From a virus: a stretch of DNA of 64,000 bases. Each line of letters begins with the position of its first letter. Position 1 is the first letter of the stretch. Position numbers and translations under genes: made by a program. The stretch lies in the IMG/VR virus record IMGVR_UViG_3300044653_000068, positions 1 through 64,000 of that record. One strand, written 5' to 3'. Of this stretch, positions 36,336 through 45,838 are shown piece after piece. The notes under the pieces are model-generated. The model was not told where the DNA came from, ran no database searches, and saw only the letters and a list, made by a program, of their open reading frames with translations.

Positions 36336-36929
36336 CTACGACTTTCGCCAGGCTCCCCGGAAGATCCTCGCCGTGCCGTCAGGGGAGATGATGCAGTCGT
36401 CCACGACGGGCTGCCAGCCGAGAGCGCCGAGGTCGGTCTCCCAGGAGCCGCCCGCGAGGATCGCGCCGGGCTTCATGCTCGCGGTGATCAGGTCTTCCAG
36501 CTTCTTCTCGCGCTCGGCGTCGCGGAACGGCCGGTAGAGCCAGATGACGTCGGCGAGGGCGTAGATGCGCTCGATCGTGGGCAGCGTCAGCGCGTCGCCC
36601 CGGTAGACGTGCCCGTGGGCCCTGGCGGCGTTCGCCATCTTGGGGTCGATCTCGATGCCGTGCGGGATCAGGCCGAGCAGGTCCTTCGCGATCCTCAGCT
36701 TGGTGCCGGGACCGCAGCCCACGTCGAGGAACACGGGACCGCCGGCCTCGCCCATGACGTCCCACATGATGCCGAGGAAATCGGCCGGCTGCCACGGCAT
36801 CCACGGGTTGACAACCGGGTCGCGGCGGACGCCGAGCTTCAGGTGCTCGTACTCGGTCTCCGCGACCCAGTTGACGAGTCGCTGGACGCCTCCCGCGCGG
36901 GTCGTGCTGCCCGGTGTGTCGGGGATCAC
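36336..36929 (-). CDS. Class I SAM-dependent methyltransferase
   Basis: FLDVGCGPG, GIEID, GDAL, MKPGA. Confidence 0.85.
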   Translation of the reverse strand: MIPDTPGSTTRAGGVQRLVNWVAETEYEHLKLGVRRDPVVNPWMPWQPADFLGIMWDVMGEAGGPVFLDVGCGPGTKLRIAKDLLGLIPHGIEIDPKMANAARAHGHVYRGDALTLPTIERIYALADVIWLYRPFRDAEREKKLEDLITASMKPGAILAGGSWETDLGALGWQPVVDDCIISPDGTARIFRGAWRKS

Positions 36930-38047
36930 TGCTGTCCTTCCTCGGTGTTATGCGGTGTAACACGCGTCTCAGGTCGGATCGTAGCCGGCCATTCCCCCGC
37001 CACCGCCCGCTCGAAAGCGGCCCTGAACTTCTCGACCTCCTCGTCGGTCAGGACGCGCTTCTCAGGCCAGGCCCAGGTCTCCAGCATGACCGCCTCGCCG
37101 ACCGGGAGATCCCACTCATAGGGATCACGCCTACGACGTGCCAGCCGGGCTCTCAGCCACCGCAGTATCACGCCCCTATCCCTCCTGCCGACCCGTTGGC
37201 CACCTTCGCGTCCGCGCGCACCAGCCTGTCCTGCTTGAATGCCTCCAGCACGTGAAAGTCTTCCTTGAAGTCGTAGCCCGCCAGGATCATCGAGATCATC
37301 GAGGCCTGGCCGCCGCTGATCCGCCTCACCTTGCCGTCCGGGAGCTTCACGTCGTAGCAGCCGGTGCTGAACGGCCCCTCGAAGCTGTGCTCCAGGAGAA
37401 TGACGGCCACTACTGCGCTTCCGGGTCGTTCCCGCCGAACGGCTCGTCCGTGCCCCAGCGGCCGTAGGAGGTCGGACGCGGCTCATCGTCGTCGAAGGCC
37501 TCCTCGATATCGAGGGGGGCGAAGGGGTTCGGAGCCATCAGGGGCATGTAGTCCTCCGGCCGGTTGCCGCCCCGGGTCTCGGGCGGGGGAAGGCCCTCGT
37601 CAACGGGCTTAGGCTCGTGCCTGGTCATGTGAGTTCCTTTCACGCGACTGCTTCCCCGCAACCTATCACTAGAACACCCCTCCCTCGCCGAGGACGCCGT
37701 GCTGCGCTGCCAGGCGACGCTCGTACTCCTGCTTAACCGCCCAGGCAACATCCTGCTCCCCCTTGGTGGGCATCAGGGCGTAGCGCTCCTGCGTGATCAG
37801 ACGGTTCAGCGTCCGGTAGAGCATCGTCAGCTCCACATCGCCCAGTCCCCCGGCCCAGGAGTCGTCGAGGCTCACGAGACCAGGCCTTCCCTGCGCACCT
37901 CGGCCGCGACGAAGGCCGCGCAGGCGTCAGTGCCCCGCCAGCAGTCGAGGTCCCCGGTCTGGTTCCGCTCGCAGTACTCGCGCATGGCGCGGGCTATCAC
38001 CGCTGTCAAATCAGACCCCGCCACCAATAGGATCTTGTCGTCGAGGC

Positions 38048-39160
38048 TCACGCTCGGAAGCTCCTGACTGCGGCGATGACCTGCTCCTGCTCGGGCTGGG
38101 TCATGGACGGGAACAGCGGGAGGGTGACGAGGGTCTGCCAGACGCGCTCGGTGACCGGGGTCTCGTTCGGCCAGCCGGTGTCGGGAAACAGGCTCTTGTA
38201 GTGGTTGAGCGGCTTGTAGTGAACGCCGGCCGAGACCCCGTTCGCGATCATGTGCCTGATGAAGTCCGGCCTGCGGTCGGCGGGAACGCGGACGACGTAC
38301 ATATGGGTGGCGCTGTTCCCGTCCACCTTGGGGGTCTTGAGCCAGGGCAGGCCGGACAGGTCGCAGTTGTAGATGGCCGCCTGGGCGCGACGCATGCTGT
38401 TGCGCTCGTCGAGCTTCCGGAGCTGCACCCGGCCGAGGGCGGCGGCGATGTCGTTCATGTGGGCCTTGAAGCCGTCGCCGGGGATGTCGTAGTCCCAGCC
38501 GTAGCCCACCCGCGAGTCCTTGTCCCGGTCCCAGGTGGACTTGTCGATCCCGCACCAGCGAAGTCGGCGGACCTCGGCGGCCACGTCCTCGTCGTCGGTG
38601 GTGACCATGCCGCCGTCCCCCGTGGCCAGGTTCTTGACCGCGTGGAACGACCAGGCTCGCGCATCACCGCGCCGACCGGTGAACTTCGAGCCGGCCGCGT
38701 GCGCGCAGTCCTCGATGATCGTGAACGCGTCGTGGATCGGCTTCGGGATGGAGACGCCTGTGCCCGCGCCCCCGTACCAGACCGGGACGATCCCCCAGTT
38801 GCCGTCCGGGAACTCGCACATCTTCTCGTAGGCATCTGTGAAGTCGATGCACAGATCAGTCTCGATGATGTCCGCGAAGACCACCTGGTTGCCCGCGTGC
38901 TGCATGGCCTGCGCCGAGGAGATGAAGGTGAGCGCCGGAACGACGACGATACCGCCCGTGAGCCCGGTTGCGCGGGCGGCCAGCTCCAGGGCGGCGGTGG
39001 CGCTGCTGACGGCGACGGCGAACCTGGAGCCCGTGTAGGCGGCGAACTCGGCCTCGAACTTCTCCGTCTCCGGTCCCTGCCCCCACCAGCCGGAGCGCAG
39101 GACGCGGGTGACCGCCTCAATCTCCTCGTCGCCGCAAACAGGGCGAAACAGGGGAATCAT
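38048..39160 (-). CDS. DegT/DnrJ/EryC1/StrS-family sugar aminotransferase
   Basis: SGWWGQGP...FE.EFA...VSSATAAL...IIEDCAHA...SFHAVKNLATGDGG. Confidence 0.92.
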   Translation of the reverse strand: MIPLFRPVCGDEEIEAVTRVLRSGWWGQGPETEKFEAEFAAYTGSRFAVAVSSATAALELAARATGLTGGIVVVPALTFISSAQAMQHAGNQVVFADIIETDLCIDFTDAYEKMCEFPDGNWGIVPVWYGGAGTGVSIPKPIHDAFTIIEDCAHAAGSKFTGRRGDARAWSFHAVKNLATGDGGMVTTDDEDVAAEVRRLRWCGIDKSTWDRDKDSRVGYGWDYDIPGDGFKAHMNDIAAALGRVQLRKLDERNSMRRAQAAIYNCDLSGLPWLKTPKVDGNSATHMYVVRVPADRRPDFIRHMIANGVSAGVHYKPLNHYKSLFPDTGWPNETPVTERVWQTLVTLPLFPSMTQPEQEQVIAAVRSFRA

Positions 39161-39735
39161 GCGTCCTTCTTCCTGAGCATCGCCATGCCGTAGATGTAGC
39201 GGGCTTCCACCGCGTCCTCCGGCCGGCCGGCCGGGACGTGCGCGCCGCCCATGTCCGTGATGTCCGTCGCGGGCCTGATGCGCTCGATGAACGCTTGCGC
39301 CAGGGTCACCATCGACGTCCCGAAGTGCCCGTGGAACGGGTTGGACGGCAAGCCCACCGGCCAGTCCTCAAGCACGTACCAGCCGCCCGGCTTCACCAGG
39401 GGCCAGAGATTGCCGAACGTGATCTCCGACAGGCTGCCGACATGGGAGGCGTCGTCCACGATCAGGTCGTAGGGCCCGAACGGCATGACCAAATCCGGCA
39501 GCCCCGGGTCAGCCTGGTCGGCCTGGATGTGCACAACCCCGAGCGGCAGGCCCTCCGGCTTGCTCAGGTCCACGCCGACGATGACGCCCTCAGGCGCGAG
39601 ATCGCGCCACAGGAACAGCGACCCGCCGTGGGCGGTGCCGATCTCCAGGATGCGCGCGGCGCGGTTGCCCCCGAGCAGCTCCCTGTAAACGGGGGCGTAC
39701 CCGAGGGTGCCCTTGTCCGTCGTAGGCTCGCTCAT
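39157..39735 (-). CDS. SAM-dependent (sugar O-)methyltransferase
   Basis: ILEIGTAHGGSL..W...DLIVDDASH...VKPGGWYVLED. Confidence 0.85.
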   Translation of the reverse strand: MSEPTTDKGTLGYAPVYRELLGGNRAARILEIGTAHGGSLFLWRDLAPEGVIVGVDLSKPEGLPLGVVHIQADQADPGLPDLVMPFGPYDLIVDDASHVGSLSEITFGNLWPLVKPGGWYVLEDWPVGLPSNPFHGHFGTSMVTLAQAFIERIRPATDITDMGGAHVPAGRPEDAVEARYIYGMAMLRKKDA

Positions 39736-40247
39736 TTCGGCGGCACATCCAGCCAGTACCCGTCGTAGCTGCGGCTCATGATCAGGTAGTGGCCCTTCTC
39801 GCCGAGGATGTTCTCGTAGACGTCGGCGGTGTGCCCGCCCTCCGTGAAACCGTTGCCCTTGTGGAACGCGATGGTGCGCTCGTTGTCGGGCATGACCCGC
39901 AGCCAGTAGTAGTCGAGGCCGTAGGCGCTCATCAGCCGCCGCATCCCCTGCCGCATGAAACCGCCACGGGCGAGCGCCTTATCCCCGAGCATCATCCGCT
40001 CCAGCTCGCCGCCGCCGTGCCTGATCGTCATGCCCACGGTGCCGATGGGCTCGCCGTCCCGGAGCACGAGGTACAGGTTCTGCGAGGGGTCGGCCAGGTA
40101 CGTGCCGTGGTACCAGTCGTAGTGCCCGCTAAGAGTGAACGGCGGCTGCCTCGGGAACCAGCGGGCATTGTCCGGGTCATTGCGCCAGGCGACAAGGCGG
40201 GGAGCGTCGTCGGCGGTGATCTCCCGGAGAGTCACTTCATCGGTCAT
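39732..40247 (-). CDS. GNAT acetyltransferase (PseH/RimJ-like)
   Basis: LREIT..D...LVAWRND...H.DWY...PIG...DNERTIAFHKGNGF; SD GAGGAG. Confidence 0.8.
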   Translation of the reverse strand: MTDEVTLREITADDAPRLVAWRNDPDNARWFPRQPPFTLSGHYDWYHGTYLADPSQNLYLVLRDGEPIGTVGMTIRHGGGELERMMLGDKALARGGFMRQGMRRLMSAYGLDYYWLRVMPDNERTIAFHKGNGFTEGGHTADVYENILGEKGHYLIMSRSYDGYWLDVPPK

Positions 40248-40255
40248 GCTTCTCC

Positions 40256-41044
40256 TCAGTGAGCGTCGTGCCTGGACCAGGCTGACAGCGGGGTCCAGCG
40301 GTGGGTGACGAGATAACGGGGGATAGGCCAGAACGGGAACCTCCCGACGAGGCGCTCCAGGAATATGCCGTCCGAGTGGCGGGCGATGGAGCCCTCCGGG
40401 TTCTCCTCGAAGTACGGGTAGGCCAGAGCGTCCAGGCACGTCTTGTGGTACATGACCTGGCCGCCGTCAATGCGGCAGTCTACGCTGCCGGGGAACATCT
40501 TCGGGTCCAGGGCCGGGATGCCGATGTCCGGCCAGGGACCGCAGTCCCCGGGCCCCGTGGGCGAGCCGTGGCGAAGAGAGCAGTAGACGACCCGGTAACC
40601 GGGGTTGGCGTCCAGTTCGCCGGCCATTATCTCCAGGCAGTCCGGGTCGAGCAGATCGTCGTCTGACAGGTGGAGGAGGTACTTCCCGTTCGCCTCCGGG
40701 TAGTAGACGTTCGGCAGCCAGCACGCGATGTACGTCTCACGGCGCTTCTTCTCAATCTCCTCCCCCTCCAGGCGCTCGTACTGCACCGAGCAGCCATCGG
40801 GAACCAGGCCCATGGCCTCCCAGCTCGCCAGCTCGTTCATGACCATGGCGTTCGTCACGTCATCGTTAGAGTTCTCCAGAATCCACAGCTCCCAGTCGGC
40901 CATGGTCTGATCGCGCACGCAGCGCATGGCGTCCAGCACGTACGCGCCCTTGTTATAGGACAAGATGAACACCGAGACCTTCGGTCCCTTGTGCTCGGGC
41001 TCGGGCTCGGCGGGTCGCGTCAGGGTCTGGCTAGTGAGGACCAT
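40256..41044 (-). CDS. Glycosyltransferase family 2
   Basis: VSVFILSYN...DWELWILEN...GKYLLHLSDDD. Confidence 0.88.
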   Translation of the reverse strand: MVLTSQTLTRPAEPEPEHKGPKVSVFILSYNKGAYVLDAMRCVRDQTMADWELWILENSNDDVTNAMVMNELASWEAMGLVPDGCSVQYERLEGEEIEKKRRETYIACWLPNVYYPEANGKYLLHLSDDDLLDPDCLEIMAGELDANPGYRVVYCSLRHGSPTGPGDCGPWPDIGIPALDPKMFPGSVDCRIDGGQVMYHKTCLDALAYPYFEENPEGSIARHSDGIFLERLVGRFPFWPIPRYLVTHRWTPLSAWSRHDAH

Positions 41045-41296
41045 CTACGGTTCGCGCCACCCTAGTTCGAGAAGCCGCAGATGCTCGGCGTCCAGGTGCC
41101 GCTCTGGCTCCAGCTCGACCACGATCCTGCCATCGGCGGTGAAGAACCGCTGCTTGACCGGTACGCAGCACCAGTCTTCGGCAAGGTCCACCAGATCCCC
41201 CGGAATGGGCAGCACGGGGTACTCGCGCTCCGTGGTGAACTGGCGCGGCCCGCGCTGCACGTCGCCGTAGCACTGCTGCCGGATCTCTACCTTCAC
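41045..41296 (-). CDS. Hypothetical protein
   Basis: SD GAGG; in operon. Confidence 0.5.
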   Translation of the reverse strand: MKVEIRQQCYGDVQRGPRQFTTEREYPVLPIPGDLVDLAEDWCCVPVKQRFFTADGRIVVELEPERHLDAEHLRLLELGWREP

Positions 41297-41441
41297 AGGT
41301 CACTTCCTCTTCACGAGCTGGTCTACGTTGACGCCGTTGCGCTCCAGCCAGTTGAGCGTGGCATACGGTGAGTTGAGATCGTTCGGGTATGCCCTACCTT
41401 GCCCCGCCGTGCCAGACCTGGCCGAACCTGACCCAGTGCGC

Positions 41442-42523
41442 TCAGACTAGTCCGTCTTTATAGGCCCATCCCACGGGGAACAGCATCTTGTAGGCGTCGG
41501 CCCATTCCCGCCAGTGGCCCTCGATCGTGTTCCTCCGGGCCTTCTCCTTCGCGGCCGCGCCCATCTTCAGCCGCAGGGCCTCGTCGCCGGCCAGCTCGGA
41601 CAGGAAGCTGAGCCACTCGTGCTCCCGCTTCACCAGGAAGCCGTCCACGCCGTGGTCGATGAAGCGCCGGTAGGGCTCCACGTCGCTGGCGACGACGGGC
41701 GTCCCGCGCGCCATGTACTCCAGGGCCTTGATCCAGGACTTGGACCTGCTGAACTGGGTGTCGAGCAGCGGGCAGATGCCGATGTCGAAGTCGATGGCCC
41801 GGTAGAAGACGTCGGGGTAGTCGCTGACGTGAATCCACGGGATGTGGAACGAGCGGCCCGGCGGGCAGCCGAACTTGTCCCTGTAGTCAACGCCGGACAC
41901 GAACAGGTCCCACTGCGGGAAGCGCTTCATGAACCGGCGGACCGCGCCCGTCGCCATCGTGACGTCGCGGGCGTGCGAAGCGCCGCCCTGCCAGCCGATC
42001 CGGGGCCTGTCCCGCCGGTCGTCGTGCCCGAGGCCCAGGACGAACTCGGGGACGTAGTTGGGCAGCACCACGACGGGCACCCGGCCCCCGGTCAGCTCGC
42101 GCGTCCAGTCGCCGAGGTGCGGCGAGGACGTGGTGACCAGGTTCGCGGTGGTGCAGTAGCGCAGCACGGCCTCGCGGGTCTCGCCGCCCTCGGCGTAGCT
42201 CTTGTACGCCGCCGCGTTCTCCGGGGTGATATTCCAGATATCGTCATCGTTTTCGTAGACGGTTCGGCACGTCGGCGTGGCCCAGCGCCGCCAGACCCCC
42301 AGCCCCTCGAACGCGTTGGACCGCTGCGACACGATCACGTCGGCCTCGGCTGCGTCGGTCAGCAGGAGCTGCTCGTGCTGTTCCTGCATCAGCTTCGGGC
42401 CGCCGGACCGGAAGGTGACCTTCACATCACCGGAGTGCTCGTTGACCGCCGTGAGGGGGACGAGCATGCGATACCAAGTAAAGCGCACCCGGAGCCGCCA
42501 TCGTGGCTGGCGAAGACTCTCAC
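41442..42523 (-). CDS. Glycosyltransferase (GT-B/GT4-like) with an apparent frameshift near the 5' end
   Basis: IGWQGGASH...FDIGICPL...KS.IKALEY...PVVASD; N-terminus MRVFASHDGGSGCA is in a different frame from WYRM... Confidence 0.8.
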
Positions 42524-42581
42524 GGGTGCAAACTCACCAGCGCGGTCACTGCACCCTCCGGAAGTAAAGTACGATACCGAC

Positions 42582-43121
42582 GTGCTCAAGCTACCACTTA
42601 CCGAGGAAGTCTACACACGGATCGACGACGCGGACCTGCTGCTGGTATCCGGCTTCCCCTGGCGTCCGCTGATTACGAAGACTAACAGTCAAGTCACGTA
42701 CGTTCACGCCTGGAACAACAGGCAGAGTGTGTACATGCATCGACTGATCGTCGGCGCCGGCCCGCGAGAGCTAGTTGACCATTCGGACGGAGACGGGCTT
42801 AACAACCAACGCTGGAACCTGCGCACGGCGAACCCGAACCAGTCACAGGACAACCGGGGCAAGCAGCGTAACGGCCGCACCTCGCAGTACAAGGGCGTCT
42901 TCTGGGATAAGTCCCGAAACCGCTGGGCCGCCACCATCCATCACGAGCACCGCACCCGCGCACTCGGTCGTTACCAGGCGGAAGAGGACGCAGCCCGCGC
43001 CTACGACGAGGCAGCCATTGCGCTGTTCGGCAGTTTCGCCCGGCTGAACTTCCCGACCGAGAACGGCGTCGTCTGCCTGCGGCATCAGATGGCCGTGCCC
43101 GATGCGTTCTGCGCCTGCTAG
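42582..43121 (+). CDS. HNH-AP2 homing endonuclease (free-standing, opposite strand)
   Basis: YMHRLI...VDHSDGDGLNNQRWNLR...SQYKGV.W...AARAYDEAA..LFG.FARLNF. Confidence 0.9.
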   Translation: MLKLPLTEEVYTRIDDADLLLVSGFPWRPLITKTNSQVTYVHAWNNRQSVYMHRLIVGAGPRELVDHSDGDGLNNQRWNLRTANPNQSQDNRGKQRNGRTSQYKGVFWDKSRNRWAATIHHEHRTRALGRYQAEEDAARAYDEAAIALFGSFARLNFPTENGVVCLRHQMAVPDAFCAC

Positions 43122-43124
43122 GCG

Positions 43125-43583
43125 CTACCCCGGGGCGGGCAGGGCCAGCGACACGGCTAGGACGGCGCCGAAGATCAGCAGGAAGATGCCGAGCGTGCCG
43201 CCCAGCTCCGTCCAGAAGCCGTGCTTCGCGCACGCCTGGGCCCGCATCACCCCGACGACGATCCCGATCAGCAGGCAGACGACGCCCATCAGCGCCAGGG
43301 CGGGCGCGCCGCGCGCGAACAGGAACGGGACCGCCGGGGCGATGCCCCCGGCCGCCGTGGCGAGGCCCATGACGGCCGAGGGCCACAGGCCGTTGTCAGA
43401 GTCGCTCAGGTACTCGTTCCCGGCCATGGACAGCGCGGCGGAGATCGCGCCGGACAGGGCGGCCGGGAAGATGAGGCGCTCGTCCCCGAGGAGGTAGAGC
43501 ACCACGCCCACGATCGACATGCAGCCGTCGCCCAGTCCGAAGATGGCCGGCCGGAACAGGGGCGCGGTGCTTTTCCCCGTCAC
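43125..43583 (-). CDS. VIT1/CCC1-family transporter
   Basis: AIFGLGDG...SGAISAALSMAGNEYLS; 4-5 TM segments. Confidence 0.8.
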   Translation of the reverse strand: MTGKSTAPLFRPAIFGLGDGCMSIVGVVLYLLGDERLIFPAALSGAISAALSMAGNEYLSDSDNGLWPSAVMGLATAAGGIAPAVPFLFARGAPALALMGVVCLLIGIVVGVMRAQACAKHGFWTELGGTLGIFLLIFGAVLAVSLALPAPG

Positions 43584-43587
43584 ACGG

Positions 43588-44337
43588 CTACTTCGCGAGC
43601 AGGCTCAGGTCGCCCTGGAGGGCCGCCAGGTTGACGCCGTGGCCGTCGAGCCCGGACGCCGGGACCTCGCCCCAGATGCACGCCCAGGCCTCGGTGGACA
43701 TGAGGTGCCAGGCGCTGTACTGGATCGCCTGGATTCCGCCCCAGGTGACGATGTACAGGTTGTCGCTGTCGTAGCCGACGATCGGCACGCAGTGGCCGCC
43801 CTCGACGTTCCCGTTCTGGAAGGTCGCCGCCGTCCACGGCTCGCCGTCCTGGAACGCCTCCATCATCAGGTCGGTGACCCGGATGCCGGTGTAGGCGTAG
43901 CCGTAGGCGTCAACCGCGAACTGGAGGGTCGCCATGTCGCGGATCGAGACCGGCGCGTAGGCGGCCAGGGTGCGGCCGAACCAGCCGGTCTTCTTCACGT
44001 AGGCGAGGAAGTCCGCGAGCACGACGCCGTTGTCCTCGCCGCCCGTGTAGGCCAGGTAGTACTGGACGATCTCGTCGTCTGTGACAGCGGCCAGCGCGGT
44101 GTGCGACTCCAGGTCCACGGTCATCTCGCCGTGATTGACGCCCGCGACGCCGCAGTCGCCGTACTGGTCGTTGCCGTCCATGCCCCAGGCGGTGCCATCG
44201 GAGGCCTCCGGCGGGACGGGGGGCGTGACGCTCAGGGGAGCGGCGGGCAGCGCGCCGGCCACGTACCAGGTCAGGTCGCGGAGACCGTTCGGGACGTGGC
44301 CGGGAAGACAGCCCAGCTTGAGGTTCGAGTGCGTCAT
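43588..44337 (-). CDS. Papain-like (C1-type) cysteine peptidase
   Basis: GNDQYGDC...GGHCVPIVGYD...IVTWG. Confidence 0.75.
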   Translation of the reverse strand: MTHSNLKLGCLPGHVPNGLRDLTWYVAGALPAAPLSVTPPVPPEASDGTAWGMDGNDQYGDCGVAGVNHGEMTVDLESHTALAAVTDDEIVQYYLAYTGGEDNGVVLADFLAYVKKTGWFGRTLAAYAPVSIRDMATLQFAVDAYGYAYTGIRVTDLMMEAFQDGEPWTAATFQNGNVEGGHCVPIVGYDSDNLYIVTWGGIQAIQYSAWHLMSTEAWACIWGEVPASGLDGHGVNLAALQGDLSLLAK

Positions 44338-44678
44338 TGTCCGCCTCTTCACTTGTGATCCGATGTCACGGAACAGGCTAGCCCGCGATCAGGTCTGACG
44401 CCATTTTCCTGGGCCGTCCGGGAAACGCGCGTGCGCCTTGCCGTCATGGCCGACGTCCGTGCCGGAATTGCCGTCAATCGACGGCCAGCCCTGGTGGTCG
44501 GCCAGGGTGTGACGGCCGTCCGTGGCGTTGTAGTTCTCGTGCGGGGTCGGGTTGGCCTCGCGGCTGCCGACGTGCGGCTCGGTGACCGCGCCCTCGGCGT
44601 CCGCCGCGATCGGCTTGACGTTGTGCTCGACCGGCTTCTCGACCGGTCCCCACGTGTGTGCCATTGACTTGCTCCCTG

Positions 44679-44933
44679 TCAGGTGATCGCGGTGGCGTCG
44701 TACGCGTAGACGGGCTGCGTCGCGCTGCCGAACGTGAAGCCCGTGGTGCACTTCACCAGGACGTTCGCGAACAGGATCGGCGAGCCGATCGCGGGATAGG
44801 GGGCCTGCGCCGTGGCGAGCCCGTTGAGCATGTTGTTGCACGCGTCAAGGGACGGGGCGTAGACCGAGTTGCCGGTCGCGGCCTGGATCGCGGCGGCGGT
44901 CGTAGCAGCCGATGCTCCCGTTGTGTATGCCAT
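44679..44933 (-). CDS. Small protein, paralog of the repeat unit in 44945-45358
   Basis: TTG...AA...VLVKCTTG...VYAYD. Confidence 0.65.
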   Translation of the reverse strand: MAYTTGASAATTAAAIQAATGNSVYAPSLDACNNMLNGLATAQAPYPAIGSPILFANVLVKCTTGFTFGSATQPVYAYDATAIT

Positions 44934-44944
44934 TGTCCTGTTCC

Positions 44945-45358
44945 TTAGCTAGGGCTGGTCGAGTACTCGAAGACGGGACTGGTAGTGGCGTTCCACCCGC
45001 TCGTGCACTCCACGAGGACGCCCCACAGTGTGATGGCGGAGCCCTGCCTCCAGGCGAGCGAGTGCAGCACGGCGGAAGCCTGGTCCGCCAGCGCCCCGGC
45101 GGTCACCAGCGCGGCGGCGGTCTGCGCCAGGGTCTTGCCGGTCTGCGTGAAGCTGGGCGTGATGTCGTACTCCCACACCGCGTCGCCGGGGTTGTTCCAC
45201 CCGCTCGTGCACTGGACGAGGACGCCCCACAGGGTGACGGGGTTGTTGGGCTTGTGCCCGGCGGAGGCGAGCGAGGTGAGCGCCTGGTCCATCAGCGCCC
45301 CGGCGGTGACCAGGACTGCGGCCATCTGCGCGGTGGTGCGGCCGGTGGTGAAGCCCAT
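44945..45358 (-). CDS. Protein made of two tandem ~68-aa repeats
   Basis: LVTAGAL.DQA...TLWGVLV.CTSGWN...EY present twice. Confidence 0.75.
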   Translation of the reverse strand: MGFTTGRTTAQMAAVLVTAGALMDQALTSLASAGHKPNNPVTLWGVLVQCTSGWNNPGDAVWEYDITPSFTQTGKTLAQTAAALVTAGALADQASAVLHSLAWRQGSAITLWGVLVECTSGWNATTSPVFEYSTSPS

Positions 45359-45681
45359 TAGTGCATCCCCTTCCAGGTGCGCTGCGGCGAGCCCATACCG
45401 GGCCCGTACTCGGCGGACTCGGGCACGTCCACGTCGAGGTTCTTATCGGTGACGGCCTCGGGGCCGGGCAGGTCGGCGGGGCTCTGCTCGTTGCCGAAGT
45501 CCGTCATCGTGGCCATCACGACGTCGTGCACGGCCTCGGAGTCCGAGCCTCGGCCGGCGAAGTTCGGGTCCTTCTTGGTGATCATGTTGCCGCCGGCCAT
45601 CGACGCGTCGTACGCCGGGAAGTGCTGGTTCTCGGGCAGGTTACTCAGGTCGTGCGTCGTCGGCTTCACCGGGAACGTCAT
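45358..45681 (-). CDS. Acidic hypothetical protein
   Basis: SD GGAGG; TAATG coupling to next gene. Confidence 0.6.
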   Translation of the reverse strand: MTFPVKPTTHDLSNLPENQHFPAYDASMAGGNMITKKDPNFAGRGSDSEAVHDVVMATMTDFGNEQSPADLPGPEAVTDKNLDVDVPESAEYGPGMGSPQRTWKGMH

Positions 45682-45838
45682 CGCCGGGCACCTCCTGTCG
45701 CGGCTGGTCTGCGGACGGGGTGAGGACGGCCTCGGGCGGCATGCCCTCGCCGTGGTCGTTGCGGCCGGCGAACGGCCCGAAGGCCCCGATGTGCGCGGGG
45801 TTCACGGGCCAGGGGGCCGGGCCGACCGTCTTCACGGC

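Noticed and set aside
41514-42581. 535-aa plus-strand ORF as one long HNH protein
   Set aside because: The first ~355 codons are antisense to the glycosyltransferase; the recognisable HNH-AP2 starts at GTG 42582.
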